DNA of 64,000 nt from Nemertoderma westbladi (taxonomy: Eukaryota > Animalia > Xenacoelomorpha). The notes beneath the pieces are model-generated. The model saw only the letters and a program-made list of their open reading frames with translations, made no database searches and was not told where the DNA came from. Of this stretch, positions 38,599 to 51,500 are shown piece by piece. Positions within the stretch are counted from its first letter, which is position 1, and each line of letters starts with the position of its first letter. The stretch covers positions 62,001 to 126,000 of the forward strand of contig JAUCBJ010002722.1 in the NCBI GenBank assembly GCA_032718475.1, read 5' to 3'. Made by a program: the position numbers and the translations under genes.

Positions 38599-41169
38599 TT
38601 ACTCCATCTCCACACAGGAAGCGCAGGTTGAGTACCGGCAACATTTACAAAAAACTCTGAAAGACTGCAACTTCTTACAACGTTTCCACACTGAGAAGGC
38701 TAACATATCCGCGAATAAAGCAGATGACATTTCGTGATAGGAAATGGTGAAGCTCTCCAGATCATCTAGGTTACCAGAATCAACTATTTCATTGATGTCT
38801 TCATCCAGTTTGTGTTGTTCAGGCAATCCTTGTAAGGGAAAAGTAATTCGACGATCTAAGCGAATCAATAGAGTAGTTAAAAACGGCACAGCTTTCAGTA
38901 ACGTCTTTATGATTAGGTAATTGTGTGTGTCGAGGTGGAGCGAGCGAACTGAATTGAATACACCGTCGCATTGATTTATGGCAAGTAGACTCCAGTTGAA
39001 TACCAATGTCTTTACGTTGGGAAATATGTACGCTAAATCCGGCAATGAGACCGGTTGGCGATGGTTGTCGAACTTCACTGTGAATGAGAAGCGAGTGACT
39101 GTAGGTAGAATAATACCTCTACGGGCAGTTTCCGAGATTATCTCAGGGAACTCTGCCACAAAACTAGTCACATCCAGCTGAGACAGTATAGGGAACTTTT
39201 CTAGTTGATCGAATAATTGAAATTCTAGAGGATGCATTTCCATAAGTGTTAAATCAATCTGCTCGACCGTATCTTGGTAATGCGGAATATCCACTCCAAT
39301 GTCGATAAGATAGTCGGTGAAGGGTGAAGGAGTTCCTTGAGGTTCAATCAGCATATATCGAATAGGCGGGAAATTCACTCCACATTGTAGGAGCATATTC
39401 GATGCGTCCGCAATAATATCGAGGTCAGGGAGCAATTCGTGTAATTGCATTATATCATTGCCTGTAATATCTACACAACGGTCTTTACGTACAGAATAAT
39501 ATATAGATATACGACTCGCCATAATATTCAGCACCTTTAACCTAGTCAGTTTAGCTAGACTCTGTATCTGTGGTGTATCCATGGGGAGTTCGGAATATGG
39601 AATATGTAGAACTTCCAGGTTGGGGCAGCTGTTTGGCAGAGGGATAGATGTGGCCCATAACACTATTTTTGTTTAATTTTTTAACATCTAAAAATATATT
39701 GAATTTTTGGCTCATGTGTTTAATTGTTACTAGCTACCATGAGACTCATTAAATATTCCAGGCAAATATATAATATAATTGAGAATTAAATTATATCTTA
39801 AATTTTTGGTATTACTACACCTTGGGTCACAAAATTTTTTTACTTAGCTAATAAATAGTACAAGCTAACACAAAATCAAAAGTACTAGCTACCATCTTGG
39901 ATATTAAAAAAATATCCAATTTGGTAGATAAATTTTCTAATAAATAAATAATATAAATAAATAATTTTTTTTTGGATTACTAGCTATTTTAAATTTGAAA
40001 AATAACTATCTATTTGTTCTAGAACATTATATTATTTGTATTATTTATGCTCTAGAATAGTGTATAATACATATAATATTACATAAATAAAATAAAAAAT
40101 AATAATGTTCTAAAACATATAGCTGGTTATTTTTAATTTTAAAATAACTAGTAAATTTAACAAATAATACAATTTGGTACCCTACCGCTAGATACATTTC
40201 TTAATAATAATATAAATAAATATTTTTTTATTACTAGCTATTTTAAAATTAAAAATTACTAGCTGTATGTTCTAGAACAATAATTTTTTTATTTTATTTT
40301 TGTTCTAGAATAGTATATATTATATATTTTTTGTTCTAGAACGGTTCACTGTTGCCATGGTAACAATGATTTATGGTACAAAAATTCAGTTCTATACGGA
40401 ACTGTTTCCAAAAAAAATTGGTCAAAAAGTGGGTACCCATAACATAGTAAAGCCCAGTGAGAGGGGTGGGGGTCTAAAAATAAACATAAAAATAGCTATT
40501 AAAAGATCCAGAATAATAGTGATACGGGCTACACTAGCACCTGTTTATTATATCATCTAGAGTGCTACTATCTATGAAACCAACCTTTAGATCTGTGAGT
40601 TGAGTAAATATGACAGCTCCTGTAAAAACTGTCTTGCCTTCTTTCAGTACCTTGGCGTATATATGTAGGTTTTCTATTTCTGATAACGATGTATACAAAT
40701 TTAAATCCACATTAAACGACGTCAATACATCTGATATTCTTGGAAGCCATTCTAATAGGGTCATATGAACATCTGCAGGAAATTCCTCAAGAAACTCTCT
40801 GTCTATGGTGATATCAACTTCATCGAAACATTGATTCAGATATAGATCTCTGTAGCTTTCCATGAGAGACCGTAATGATGGTGATGATTCTTTATACTTT
40901 TCATGCAACTGTTTAGTTGCAATAACGTAGGCCCGTAGAATGAACTTACGTAGGTCTATTCGAATATTTTTGTTTAGTTTATTCAGCCACTTAAAGAGGA
41001 TGCTTCGGTTGTCACATTCGTATTCAACAGGGTTATTCCGCCCCATTCTATCAGTTTCCGAGTTCATTAACCCTGTAACCAACGCTCGGGTTACATTGAC
41101 AGTGCAGACTTCTTTTAGGGTCAATAAGCGACATTTCTCGTTGAGAATAACTGCAAAAAGTCTGTTCAT
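38599..41169 (-). CDS. Putative BC-box + leucine-rich-repeat-like protein, at least 2 coding exons (about 41169-40585 and about 39662-38599); junction unresolved
   Basis: Two long stop-free ORFs separated by a very AT-rich intron-like block; N-terminal TLKEVCTVNV; LRR-like CPNLEVLHI, LTRLKVLNI, FPILSQLDV, FPNVKTLVF, CKKLQSF. Confidence 0.65.
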
Positions 41170-41601
41170 TGTTTTCAATGCGTTGAGTAACCTGTAATGT
41201 AAAAACTACTAGTAAAAAGTTTACTTTTTTATATAAACAAATTTATATTCCAGAATAATATCATTGCCATGGGATACATATTGCATACACCATTACCCGC
41301 AATATAACCAACCTCCTTTCTAAAATCATCATCAAAACAATATTCCGATTTATTTATTTTGGATAACATGACCGTGTAACATGCATTATTCTGGAAAACA
41401 TTTATCGTGATATGGAACAGACGTCACAATATTATTTACATCGGCAATCCTGTGTTATTTCATGGAAGGGCAAAGAATTCATGCAGAGTTTAAAATGGAA
41501 CCCGAGTTATCACGTGACGATTTCGGTGGCAAGCTTGGCGTCAAACAGTGGAGAAAACGCGGCCCCGCGGAATAGTTTTCTAGAATAAATGATGTAATAT
41601 A

Positions 41602-41650
41602 AGTGGTTTTGTTCAGAAGTGGAAGAAATGAGAAAGCGCGTCACCGGGGG
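41602..41650 (-). mobile_element. Third, 5'-truncated copy of the hammerhead-bearing element (3' part only)
   Basis: gtggttttgttcagaagtggaa.aaatgagaaagcgcgtcaccggg matches 16466-16511. Confidence 0.85.
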
Positions 41651-43054
41651 ACCAACCATGGCCTACTATATATAGTAAGCCATGGACCAACCCCCGGTGT
41701 TCACAATGTTCTCGAGTTCTCGCTTATGTACTACAACTAGGAATATCCATATACTAGTATTGTTATGTAGGCATTGCATTGTTGCCAAGCCACTAATGAG
41801 ATAAGGAAAACGTTCTTGATTGTGTATTTATTAAATAGAATAAACGCCCCGCAGCGGAAGCAAATACCTGCAACATTCGAATGCCCATATCTAAGCTATT
41901 TCCCAACCAAATTGAAATATTTTTATATATTTGGAATCCTTGCATGGCCAGCTATCCACTAGTACCAACAAATCACTATAAGGTTGTAGAATAACTGCGT
42001 TGTAACTGGTGCAATATCAACAGCAATATTGAATTACAACACTATGTTCTGGGACATGGTGTATATTAATGTTAAGTTTGGTGTTTATTATTTATTGGTA
42101 CAGTGCATTGTAACCTAGAAGGTAACGGCTTCCTAATATTATGCCGTCACCAATAGATAGAGAGAAAGATTAATTAAGACAAAGTAACCGATTAATCAAA
42201 TGACACCAGCCAATATCAGAACAGCTGCACTGAAACCTTTTTTTAAAAACTTTTTTATTTAGCCGTATATTTATTATTAAAACTAGTAAAAACAGCTGAT
42301 GCACACCAGATCGCATAGCAACCGCCACCAACAACAAGACAAATAACACTGTTAAATTAGCCTTCTCTCAATCTATCTATCGGTAGGTAATACCACACCA
42401 CTGAAACTACAATTTATATCTCAGTACATAGGCATCTCAAACCCCGGGAGGCCGCTTTAGTTTGGGTTTCTGTATTACGAATTTTGTAGTACTAACTGTG
42501 TTTCTTTACTGACCCAGAGTTCCTTGTGCAATGACATCGGATTCAGACTTGTGCTATTACTGGTAACTGTTTATTACCTATGAAATATCATATTATACAT
42601 GGAAGCCGAAACTCGAAAAGCTCGAGAACCCCGAAAGCTAGTATTCCCCAACGTCCAGGTCTGAACCATCGGTCCCCTACAAAACCAGTTAAAACAGACC
42701 TCTACCTAACAAACTGTATCACCCGCTTGGTAACCGGCCGCCTGTTTACTCTAAGATTTAGCCGGCTACCGTGACAGTATATCTTTATCGTGAAACAATG
42801 TCAATCATGCGTTCAGTACTACAGTAATACTGTACGGCTTCCAATAGAGCAGAATCATAATAATTCATACATTTACAGAGCTATGTATTTTACTAACAAC
42901 AGTAATGCAATGCTTAATTGTTCTGCAGAATGGCATAATGGCTTTATGACAATTATTAAAACAACAAGGAGTTTCATCGCCCAATAAACACTTCAATATA
43001 ATTATGTAAAGTGCACCGTGGCTGGTACCCGATGGGATTGCACACCGACCTTTC

Positions 43055-45829
43055 GTGGGCCGGGACGCCCTCGTGGGAACCGCGAAGGAAGTCGACAACG
43101 TGGTCAATCTCTCCTCCAAACCCATCTCGGAGGAGGCTAAACGGGTGTTATCTTTAGGGTTTAGTTTTGTGCCGAGAACACGCGTTGTGGAACAGGACCG
43201 GATGGACGCACACACGTCGATCTCCAAGTTGGGAACGAGAATCCATAATGCGATCAGGCGAAGGAACGCCAGACTGGAAGATACAGTTCAGGTAGAGAAA
43301 CCCAGCCGGGAGGGAGCCGCGAGCGGGGCGGTTGGACCGCGGAGTAGTGATGAGGAGTCGGTTATTTCATTTGCAGTCACGCCGGGAAGGGGTCGCCGGT
43401 CGGGCCCGGAGATGGGAGCTGCGCCGAGTGCGACAATAGAAGACTGTATGGCAGCGTTTGGGGCTTTAGTTTTGGGTAACCCGCCAACGGGAGTGGCCCG
43501 CAGACTATTCGCATGCTCCACCCCTGTGACCCCGCCGAGCGGGGAAGGACCCGGGGCGGGTTCCGGTTCTAGGGAGTGTTTAGAGATGTGCTATGAGGGT
43601 TCGAACGGTTTATTGACAGCTGCGGTGTGTGTCAGCACCCCGTCACGGAGCGTGGGGGGGGGGGGGGGGGTATTGCCCAAACGTGGACGTGGCCCGCATG
43701 TCCCGATGGAGCGACGTATCCCCGAGATAGGGGCGACTAGGAATAGGGAGGGTGAGGGCAGTGGGAGGGCGCCATTGGACTATAGGCAATTATACGTTCC
43801 GAGGAAGTTCCGGTACGTCGCACCAAGGGTCGAGGACGAGGTGGTGGAGGGATTTATGGCGGAATTACATAAGGCGATCGACGGTGCTGACGGGAGGGCG
43901 AGCGGTGTTGGCCGATGCGGGGAGGGTGTGGGTATCTCAGAGAAGGATTTGAGACTGCTGCGGGAACTTAGGGGGGATAAAGAACTCGCTTTCGTTAGGG
44001 GAGACAAGACAGGAAACGTCGTTGTTGTAGACAGGGAGCTGTTGGATTTAGAGATGAGGAGAAACGTTGGCGACCGTGAGATGTTCGAGAAGTTGGAAGG
44101 TGATCCGACTTCGAAATATCGGGATGAACTCTATCGGACGGTACAGAACATGGCGTTAGAAGATAAGGACTTAAGTTCATACCTGGTTCCGAAGAACCCA
44201 ACTCAGGGTTATGTGTTCCCATTAGTTAAGGACCACAAACCGGTTTCTGAGTGGATCGACTGGGGAGGGGGCAGGAAGTTCCCGAAGGTTAGAGCTATCG
44301 TATCGTCGAGAGGAACCCTAGCGGAGAGGGCCGGGAAGTGGCTAAACTCGGTCCTTCAGCCTCTAATGTTGAGGATGTCCCACTACGTGCAGGATTCGCG
44401 TTCGGCAAGGGAGGCGGTCCCGAGCCGCCCATTGTCCACGGCAACGTTCATGTCTTTGGACGTCGTGGACATGTACCCCTCTGTAGACCACGATGTCGCC
44501 GTGTGCGCGATCGAGGCGGTGATTGGGGAGAATATGGAGATTTTGGAGGACTCTGGGTTTACTTTGGGGCAGGTTATGCTTATATTAAAATTTGTGCTGA
44601 CTCGTGCATATTTTGGGTTTGAAGGTGCTTTTTATGTTTTAGTAAAGGGTCTAGGGATGGGAGGCCCCTCGGGGAAGGTTCTGGCGGTCCTGGTGGTAGA
44701 CCGTATCCACACCCACGTGGGTTTGGTTGCCAGGTTCAGCGCCATATATTTCAAAACGTTTGTGGACGATGGCGAGGCTATTTGGGATGGGGAATTGGAC
44801 GACGCCGTGAAGGAGGCAATCGTCGAGCGTTACGGGGCGGCGTGTGAGGCCGTATACGGTAAAGGGGGGATTCGTTTCACTTTCGAATTCTCGAACACCA
44901 GTTCAGTGTTCCTGGACTTGGAGTTAGTTTTGGAGCCGGGGCGGGGAATAGTGAGTTCGGTTTATTTTAAACCGCTCACTAAAAGGTTGCCCATTCCTGG
45001 ATCCAGTTTGCACAACCGAAAGGTTCTGCAGGGTGTGGTGAAGGGCCAGCTGACACGTTTTGCGAGGTTGACAAGGACAACCAGGGAGTATGAGAGTGCG
45101 AGGGACCGTTATTTAACGGATTGCTGGGTGTCCGGGTATAGTGAAGGGTTTTTGAACGAGGCCCGGGGTTGCGACCCGGAACGGTTACGGGACTCGCCTG
45201 GTGTCAACCGGGAGGGCAGGGTCAAGGCGGAGAAGGACAAGTTTTACTTTGGGGTAGACCGTAGGTTCGCTGAGGTCGTTAAGCCAGTCATGCGGCGGTA
45301 TCGGCGGGTGTTGGGAGAGAGTGGGATGGGAGTTGCGTGCAATCTTTACGCGGGTCGGAGTTTGGGTAATATGTTGGTTCAGAAGCGGCTGCCGGCTAAG
45401 GGGAGGGGAAGCAGTAGATGCGGGTCCCGGGCGGGGTGCAAAACATGCGACGCCATGTTCGACATGGCCCGAACCCCATGGGGTGAGAAGATTAAAGGGT
45501 TTTTCACGTGTATGTCCCACGGGGTACTTTATCTGTTGACCTGCACCAACCACCCGCGGGGGTATTATTTGGGCCAGACTGAGCAAACCATTAGGGATAG
45601 GATGACGGGTCACCGATCGGCCATGGGCAGGTACCTGAAGGAAGTGCATCCTGACCAAGAGAACATGGGGGAGTATGTGCTGTTGGATCACTTTGCTCAG
45701 TGCGGGTTAGGGTGTCTCAGGGTCTCGGGGTTTAGGAGCTACAGGTCGGACGAGGATAGGATCCACGCCGAGGCAAACTATATTTTCAAGTTTAGGCCCC
45801 CATGGAACAGAATGGTCCCGGCGGTTTGA
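43055..45829 (+). CDS. Penelope-like RT + GIY-YIG endonuclease polyprotein (924 aa, uninterrupted, probably 5'-truncated)
   Basis: VVNLS...LSLG..F.P, DKTG..VV, K.HK, R.IVS, SLDV..MYPSV, GL.MG, FVDD, FLDL; Cys linker C....CKTC; VLYLLTC..YYLGQT..R..H..E. Confidence 0.92.
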   Translation: MGRDALVGTAKEVDNVVNLSSKPISEEAKRVLSLGFSFVPRTRVVEQDRMDAHTSISKLGTRIHNAIRRRNARLEDTVQVEKPSREGAASGAVGPRSSDEESVISFAVTPGRGRRSGPEMGAAPSATIEDCMAAFGALVLGNPPTGVARRLFACSTPVTPPSGEGPGAGSGSRECLEMCYEGSNGLLTAAVCVSTPSRSVGGGGGVLPKRGRGPHVPMERRIPEIGATRNREGEGSGRAPLDYRQLYVPRKFRYVAPRVEDEVVEGFMAELHKAIDGADGRASGVGRCGEGVGISEKDLRLLRELRGDKELAFVRGDKTGNVVVVDRELLDLEMRRNVGDREMFEKLEGDPTSKYRDELYRTVQNMALEDKDLSSYLVPKNPTQGYVFPLVKDHKPVSEWIDWGGGRKFPKVRAIVSSRGTLAERAGKWLNSVLQPLMLRMSHYVQDSRSAREAVPSRPLSTATFMSLDVVDMYPSVDHDVAVCAIEAVIGENMEILEDSGFTLGQVMLILKFVLTRAYFGFEGAFYVLVKGLGMGGPSGKVLAVLVVDRIHTHVGLVARFSAIYFKTFVDDGEAIWDGELDDAVKEAIVERYGAACEAVYGKGGIRFTFEFSNTSSVFLDLELVLEPGRGIVSSVYFKPLTKRLPIPGSSLHNRKVLQGVVKGQLTRFARLTRTTREYESARDRYLTDCWVSGYSEGFLNEARGCDPERLRDSPGVNREGRVKAEKDKFYFGVDRRFAEVVKPVMRRYRRVLGESGMGVACNLYAGRSLGNMLVQKRLPAKGRGSSRCGSRAGCKTCDAMFDMARTPWGEKIKGFFTCMSHGVLYLLTCTNHPRGYYLGQTEQTIRDRMTGHRSAMGRYLKEVHPDQENMGEYVLLDHFAQCGLGCLRVSGFRSYRSDEDRIHAEANYIFKFRPPWNRMVPAV

Positions 45830-46880
45830 CACGGTCGGGGTTATAGTTTGGTGTTTGGGCGCGTTTTGTGCCGTTAATACTGCCCTGTGCCTTTTGTACT
45901 GTATATACAAATTTAGTTTCAGTTAGATTTGCCTAGATTTAGCTTTAGTATCAGTTACCTGTTGGTTCTTTGGTTTTACGCTACACGCCAGACCGGCGTG
46001 GATGGGTTCTGCCATTGATACTGCTCAGTGCCATTTGTACTGTACATAGTAGCGCACGGCCCCGACAAATTGAGGCCCGTATTAATTTTCAGGATATTAT
46101 GGGGTTTTTTTTCAGTGTATTTGCTTGTGTCTCTTTACGCTAGACGTTTATGCACGGACATTTCACACACGTCAGTACTGTAGTTTTAGTGTCAGTGTAT
46201 TTGCATGTGTCTCTACGCTACACGTTTTTGCACGGACATTACACGTACGCCAGTACTGTAGATTTAGTTTCAGTGTACCAGCCTGTGCCTTTTTACGCTG
46301 CACGTTTGTGCACGGACAGTTCACATTTAGTTTCAGTGCATTTGCCTGTGTCTTTTTACGCTACAAGGTTGTGCACGGATATTTTGCATCCGACAGGTAT
46401 TTTCGTACTGTAGTTGTCATCTCGCATACATAAGGCTCTCTGTTGTTAATACTGCCCTATGCCATTTGTACTGTAAATAGTATTTCGTACTGTAGTTGTC
46501 ATCTCGCATACATAAGGCTCTCTGTTGTTAATACTGCCCTATGCCATTTGTACTGTAAATGCATACATAAGGCTCTCTGTTGTTAATACTGCCCTATGCC
46601 ATTTGTACTGTAAATGGTAACGCACGGCCCTGCCTGATCACGTCTCGGTGCCAGACTGATTGATTTGTTTCTATGACTAAGAGTTCAGTTGTTTATTTAT
46701 GTTGTTAGCTCTACGGACCGGTGCTGCACGCTTCTTATAACCACATAGCAACCGTACTGCCGTAGGCGGAGTGTTGTTATTTGTACTGTACATATACATC
46801 GGTTTTATACATCGACTGGTAGTCTATTTCAGTATTTGTTAGTGTTTTCTGTTTGGCCTAACTGTAGTGCAGTAGTTTTT

Positions 46881-46917
46881 GTGCTGATGATGCCCCAAAG
46901 GGGAGAAATTAATCCAC
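46881..46917 (+). ncRNA. Minimal type I hammerhead ribozyme in Penelope pLTR
   Basis: GUG-CUGAUGA-ugCCCC(aaa)GGGGa-GAAA-UUAA-UC-CAC. Confidence 0.7.
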
Positions 46918-47469
46918 TGTTTACATAATTATATTGAAGTGTTTATTGGGCGATGAAACTCCTTGTTGTTTTAATAATTGTCATGATGTATACAAACGCC
47001 CTGAAGTCGGCATGTCACTTTACTAATAATGGCTTTATTTATTCTTGTTTGTTTTCACATTATAAGAAACAATGGCTTTCTTTAATCATAGTGCAACTAC
47101 ATTAGTTATTACTGATGAATTCTGTCCATTCTCACGCATACACACTATAAATCGTGCGACCTCATTACACATTCCCACAGTAATCATTTATAGATTGATT
47201 ATATCCCATCTATTAGATTTTAATTTTTGGCTACATTTTGGCGAATCGATTAACTAAGGTAAGCTTGGACATCTCAATACGATTTATGTATATTTTATAC
47301 TAGAGAAGCCGGCAAGCTGGCTATAAGAAGACCGTCCATAGACAAACGTATGTTGTTGGGTCTTCCCCCATTGAACATGAACAGCTTTGCTTACAGTTTG
47401 AGAAAGAGTAATCCCAGCCCAGTCCCTAAATGTGAATAACCTATAAAACATTTAAACGGCCCAGTGCTT

Positions 47470-48597
47470 AAAATTCAATCATTCATTTCATTTCATTTCA
47501 TTTGTTTTAATAAATTAAATTGATATAGTAAAATTTCACAATTGTACAAGGGTATGTAATCGAAGCACAGATATCAGTTAATTACATAGCAATATGGACT
47601 AGTGTAGCTGTTAGAATCTGAGTACACGAAAGTGTGGTGGGGCGAGCCATGGTAGTAGGTGGGTGGTGATGTGTGACATGTCATTTTCGTTTGACATTAT
47701 AGAATTCCATGATACAGGCGCGTTTTTGTTTGATGTATTTTCTGTATGAATTTTGCATTATGGAAATCATTTTGTGAGGCGCTGGCTGTGCAGATACGTT
47801 CAGTGATGGATGTAGTTTTGTATTTGAAGTTTATAATTGAACGTAGCTGTGGCAGGGGGTATGTGGCCAGTGATCTGTGATATCCACTTGAAATCCCCTT
47901 ACGTAAGTGGGAGTTACCCATGTTGAGTTGTGAGGCAATGCGGAAAGGTAACTGTAGCTCGAGAGTAGGGCAATCAAGTGTTCTAACTAAGGTTCTATAG
48001 CAACTCCAATAGGCAATGATCGATAATGGTGGGGTACCAGAGAGTAGATATAGTGTATTATTCTCCAAATAGTTCCCAAGAAGTAAGAGGCCACGTTGCA
48101 CCTTGTGGTGGTAGGCGTCGAGTTTGTCGATATCCTTTCGGCGTAGGGATCCAATAGTCAAAGTTAATCTGTAGATTATGACAGGGACGGCGAGTGTGTT
48201 CCACATCTTAAAGATGGTCTCTAAGTTGAGCCACCTTGCTGTCCATCCTTTGGTATGGAAAACTTGCGACATCATGGCTATTGTCTGGATAACATCGTGG
48301 AGGTTGCTAGCGGGGTTAGAATTTCCCAGTTTGTGTCCGAGGAATTTCAGATGGTCCGACATTTGGATTAGTGATCCGTTGACTGTAATGAAACATTCCT
48401 TGTGGGTCATATAGTTACGGTTTAGGATCGTCCATTTTGTTTTCTTCATGTCGATTTGGAGGGATACCTGAGTGGCTTCCTGTATGAGTATGTCGCACAT
48501 CTTCTCGACGGATTTAAGCGAGGTTCCCAGGAGTAGGTAATCGTCAGCATAGGCCACTGTACCAAGCCAGGATGTGTCAATTCGGCATCCGAGGTTA
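47470..48597 (-). mobile_element. 5'-truncated LINE RT fragment
   Basis: AYADD, KTK, KFLG motifs; (aaatg)n tail on minus at about 47480-47502. Confidence 0.8.
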
Positions 48598-51500
48598 CTA
48601 TGTTATATTCTGCTTATGATGTTGGAGGTATAAAGATTGTAGAGGATACCAGCTGGAGCTGTAACTGAGCAACCTATCTGTTGGGTTGTCACATGACTCT
48701 CTCGATTTTAGTTGCGGTGGCGCTTCTTTAATCTCCCTCGCCAATTGGCTGTATATTTCTTCCCCCTCCGATTCCTCTCTCTCCTCCTCTACTGTCACTT
48801 CCTCTGTACCTGGGTCTACCTTCCTCATTGCTGGCCATCTCGACCTATCATTAGGGAAGTGCGGCCCATGCTGCCACAACTTCTGCTTTCTCGAGAAAGC
48901 TTGGTGTACAACGCCCCACGATAGCAGATCTGTTGGATTATCGTCGGTTGGGCAGTAGTGCCACTTTTCCAGATCAGTCGTTGCCCTTATCTCGTCCACC
49001 CTGTTCACCACAAATATAGGGTAACGTGTTATCTCGTTATGTAGCCACCCTAACACTACCATAGAATCTGTCCAGTAGTGCGTCTCTACTATACTCGGTA
49101 TAGTGTCCATCAAGTATGCTGTCACCCTTACTCCTAATCTCGCAGCCATTAGCTCGAGTTTTGGCACTGATGCTGAATCTGGTGGCGTCGACCTTGCTTT
49201 ACTAAATACAAGCCTGGGCTTATGAGCCCCGTTCCACTGTACCAAATAAAGTGCCGCTCCATATGCTTCCAAGGATGCGTCGGAAAACATATGTAGTTCC
49301 AAATCGGTCATGTCTCCGTCCGGGAAGTATACACGTGGCATACTGTATGTCCCCATCTCCTCAAGGCTCCCCGTCCATTTGTCCCATTGTCTACTTATCT
49401 CCACCGGGACGTCCGCATCCCAATTGTCTTTCAACTTATACACTTTCTTTAATATATGTTTCCCTGTAACTAACAACGGGGATGCCAGGCCTAGGGGATC
49501 GTAAATCCTTGCTATGTATGACACATAGCCTCGTTTACTATGTATTTTGGCACCCTCCTGACTTAGTTGATACTCCAACTCATCCGTCTCCCAGTTCCAT
49601 ACGATCCCTAGCGCCTTCTGCTGCGACTCCATCATCTTGTCCGCCATAATCTGCCCCTTTACAGTTGTAGGTTTGTCCATCGTCGTCTCTGGTTGTTTAT
49701 CTTCTATGGCCTCCATAAATTCTTTAGAGTTAGACTGGAATTTTGTGAGGTTGAATCCCGATCCTTTTAGGATGTCGCGAACTTCGCACCCCACATCGAG
49801 TATTTCTTCAACTATGTTTCCAGATCCCATCCCATCGTCCACATAGAATCTGCGTCGAATCATGTCGATCGCCTACTCACTGTATTCTCCCTCTTTACCC
49901 ACCACGGTGGTTCACTACGACTACAGCTGTGAGAGACACGGTGTCTCTCACAGCTGTAGTCGTAGTGAACGAGGACGATTTGGCCCCCATGTTCTGCACT
50001 ACCATCTTGTACATTGGTATCTCCGACGGTTCTTCGTTGCCGTTGTACCACAGGAAGCGCTGACTATCGCTGTCCTCCTCCGCCACTCGCACCTGGTTGA
50101 ACATGCCTTCTATATCGCACGTGAAGGTGTGCTTTCCGTTTCTGAATCTTAACAGGACTTCTATCCCCGAGTTGTAAATGTTGGGGCCTTCCAGCAGGTA
50201 GTCATTCAGGCTTTGACGTTAGTCTTGGCCGACGCTTCGACCACCATCCTTAGTTTCCCCTTCTTAGGGTCCAGAGCCACATGCAGTGGCAAATAGTAGG
50301 TCCTCTCCGTATTTGGTTCATGGACCGGCAGCTCCACGGCCCACCCTCTGTCCACGTACTTCTTGATCGTCTTTGAAAGTATTCATCCTTTTTGGGGCTC
50401 TGTTTAAGTGTTTGCTTCAACTTTCGAAGCCTCATCAAGACCATCCTCTTATTATCTGGTAGCGGCAAATTCGGTTGTTTCCATACCATCCCTATGGTAT
50501 ACTGGCCCCTTCACACTTCATAGAGTTCTTTATGCTCTCCAGCGCCTGTTTATCCTCCACCGAGGTCCCGACTCCGGTCTCCTTCAACCCCCCGAAGTCC
50601 TGCCGCAGCAGCCTCTTGAGATGTTCCTCTGCTCCTTCGTCCTCCATTTCCTTCATTGTGCCCGCGAACATGCGTATTCCGACACGCTAAACGGGATTCT
50701 GGTCTTAATTGGGCCACTGAGCGTCCATCCAAATGGCGTGAGAATCGCCATCGGGTCTCGCTCCCTATCCTCACCGAATAAGGTCTGTAGTCTCTCGTGG
50801 GCTGTCGGGCAATCCATGCCGACTATGAGAGATACTTTCGGGACGTCCAGTTCAGGTACGGAGAAATTGATGTCATCCAGGTACCGGTATTGCTCGACCT
50901 CGATCTTTGTGGGCCGTCTGGAGTTAATATTAATCGATTCTATTATTTGAATGGGATCGATGGTAGCCCCATAATCGCACCCTGGTGTTATCGCTGATAT
51001 TTCGCAATGCCCTGTTCTCACTCTCAAGACCTCGTCCTTACTTGAGATAGTGGTTACCGCCATTTTGCTTGGCCTCGTCCGCAACCCTATCCTTTCGGCC
51101 ACCCAACTTTCCACTAGCGTGAACGCTGCTCCACTGTCAACCAACATTAGTGTCGTGACCGACAGCTCATCCTCTCCTATTATCCTCACCGGTACCACCC
51201 CAAGTAGTACCGTTCCCCTTTTCTTCGCTCCCATGGTGCTTGTCGCCATCGTCTGGCCTCCATTTCCCTCAATCTTGTCGTATTTTACTGGTGGTTCCTT
51301 GCACTCGGCAAATCTGTGTCCTCCTACTGCGCATCGATGACATATTCCATTCTTACCAGTGTAGGCTACCCGATCTTGTTTAAGTGACGCCTGCCAATGC
51401 TTGCAGTCTATGGTCTTGTGGAACCCGTTTCTATGCAATTGACATTTGTAATTGGGATTGTAGCATTCCTTGTATAGCGCTTCACGTATCGCGCGTAGAT

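Larger units (their letters stand above)
42946..47025 (+). mobile_element. Penelope-like retroelement with inverted 5' partial pLTR
   Basis: 42946-43010 is the reverse complement of 46920-46984; 13-bp direct repeat ataatggctttat at 42935 and 47026; tandem repeats in the 3' region 46120-46620. Confidence 0.9.

Noticed and set aside
45827-45880. Selenocysteine read-through of the Penelope TGA stop
   Set aside because: TGA follows the complete GIY-YIG domain, there are no internal TGA codons, and no SECIS was recognised
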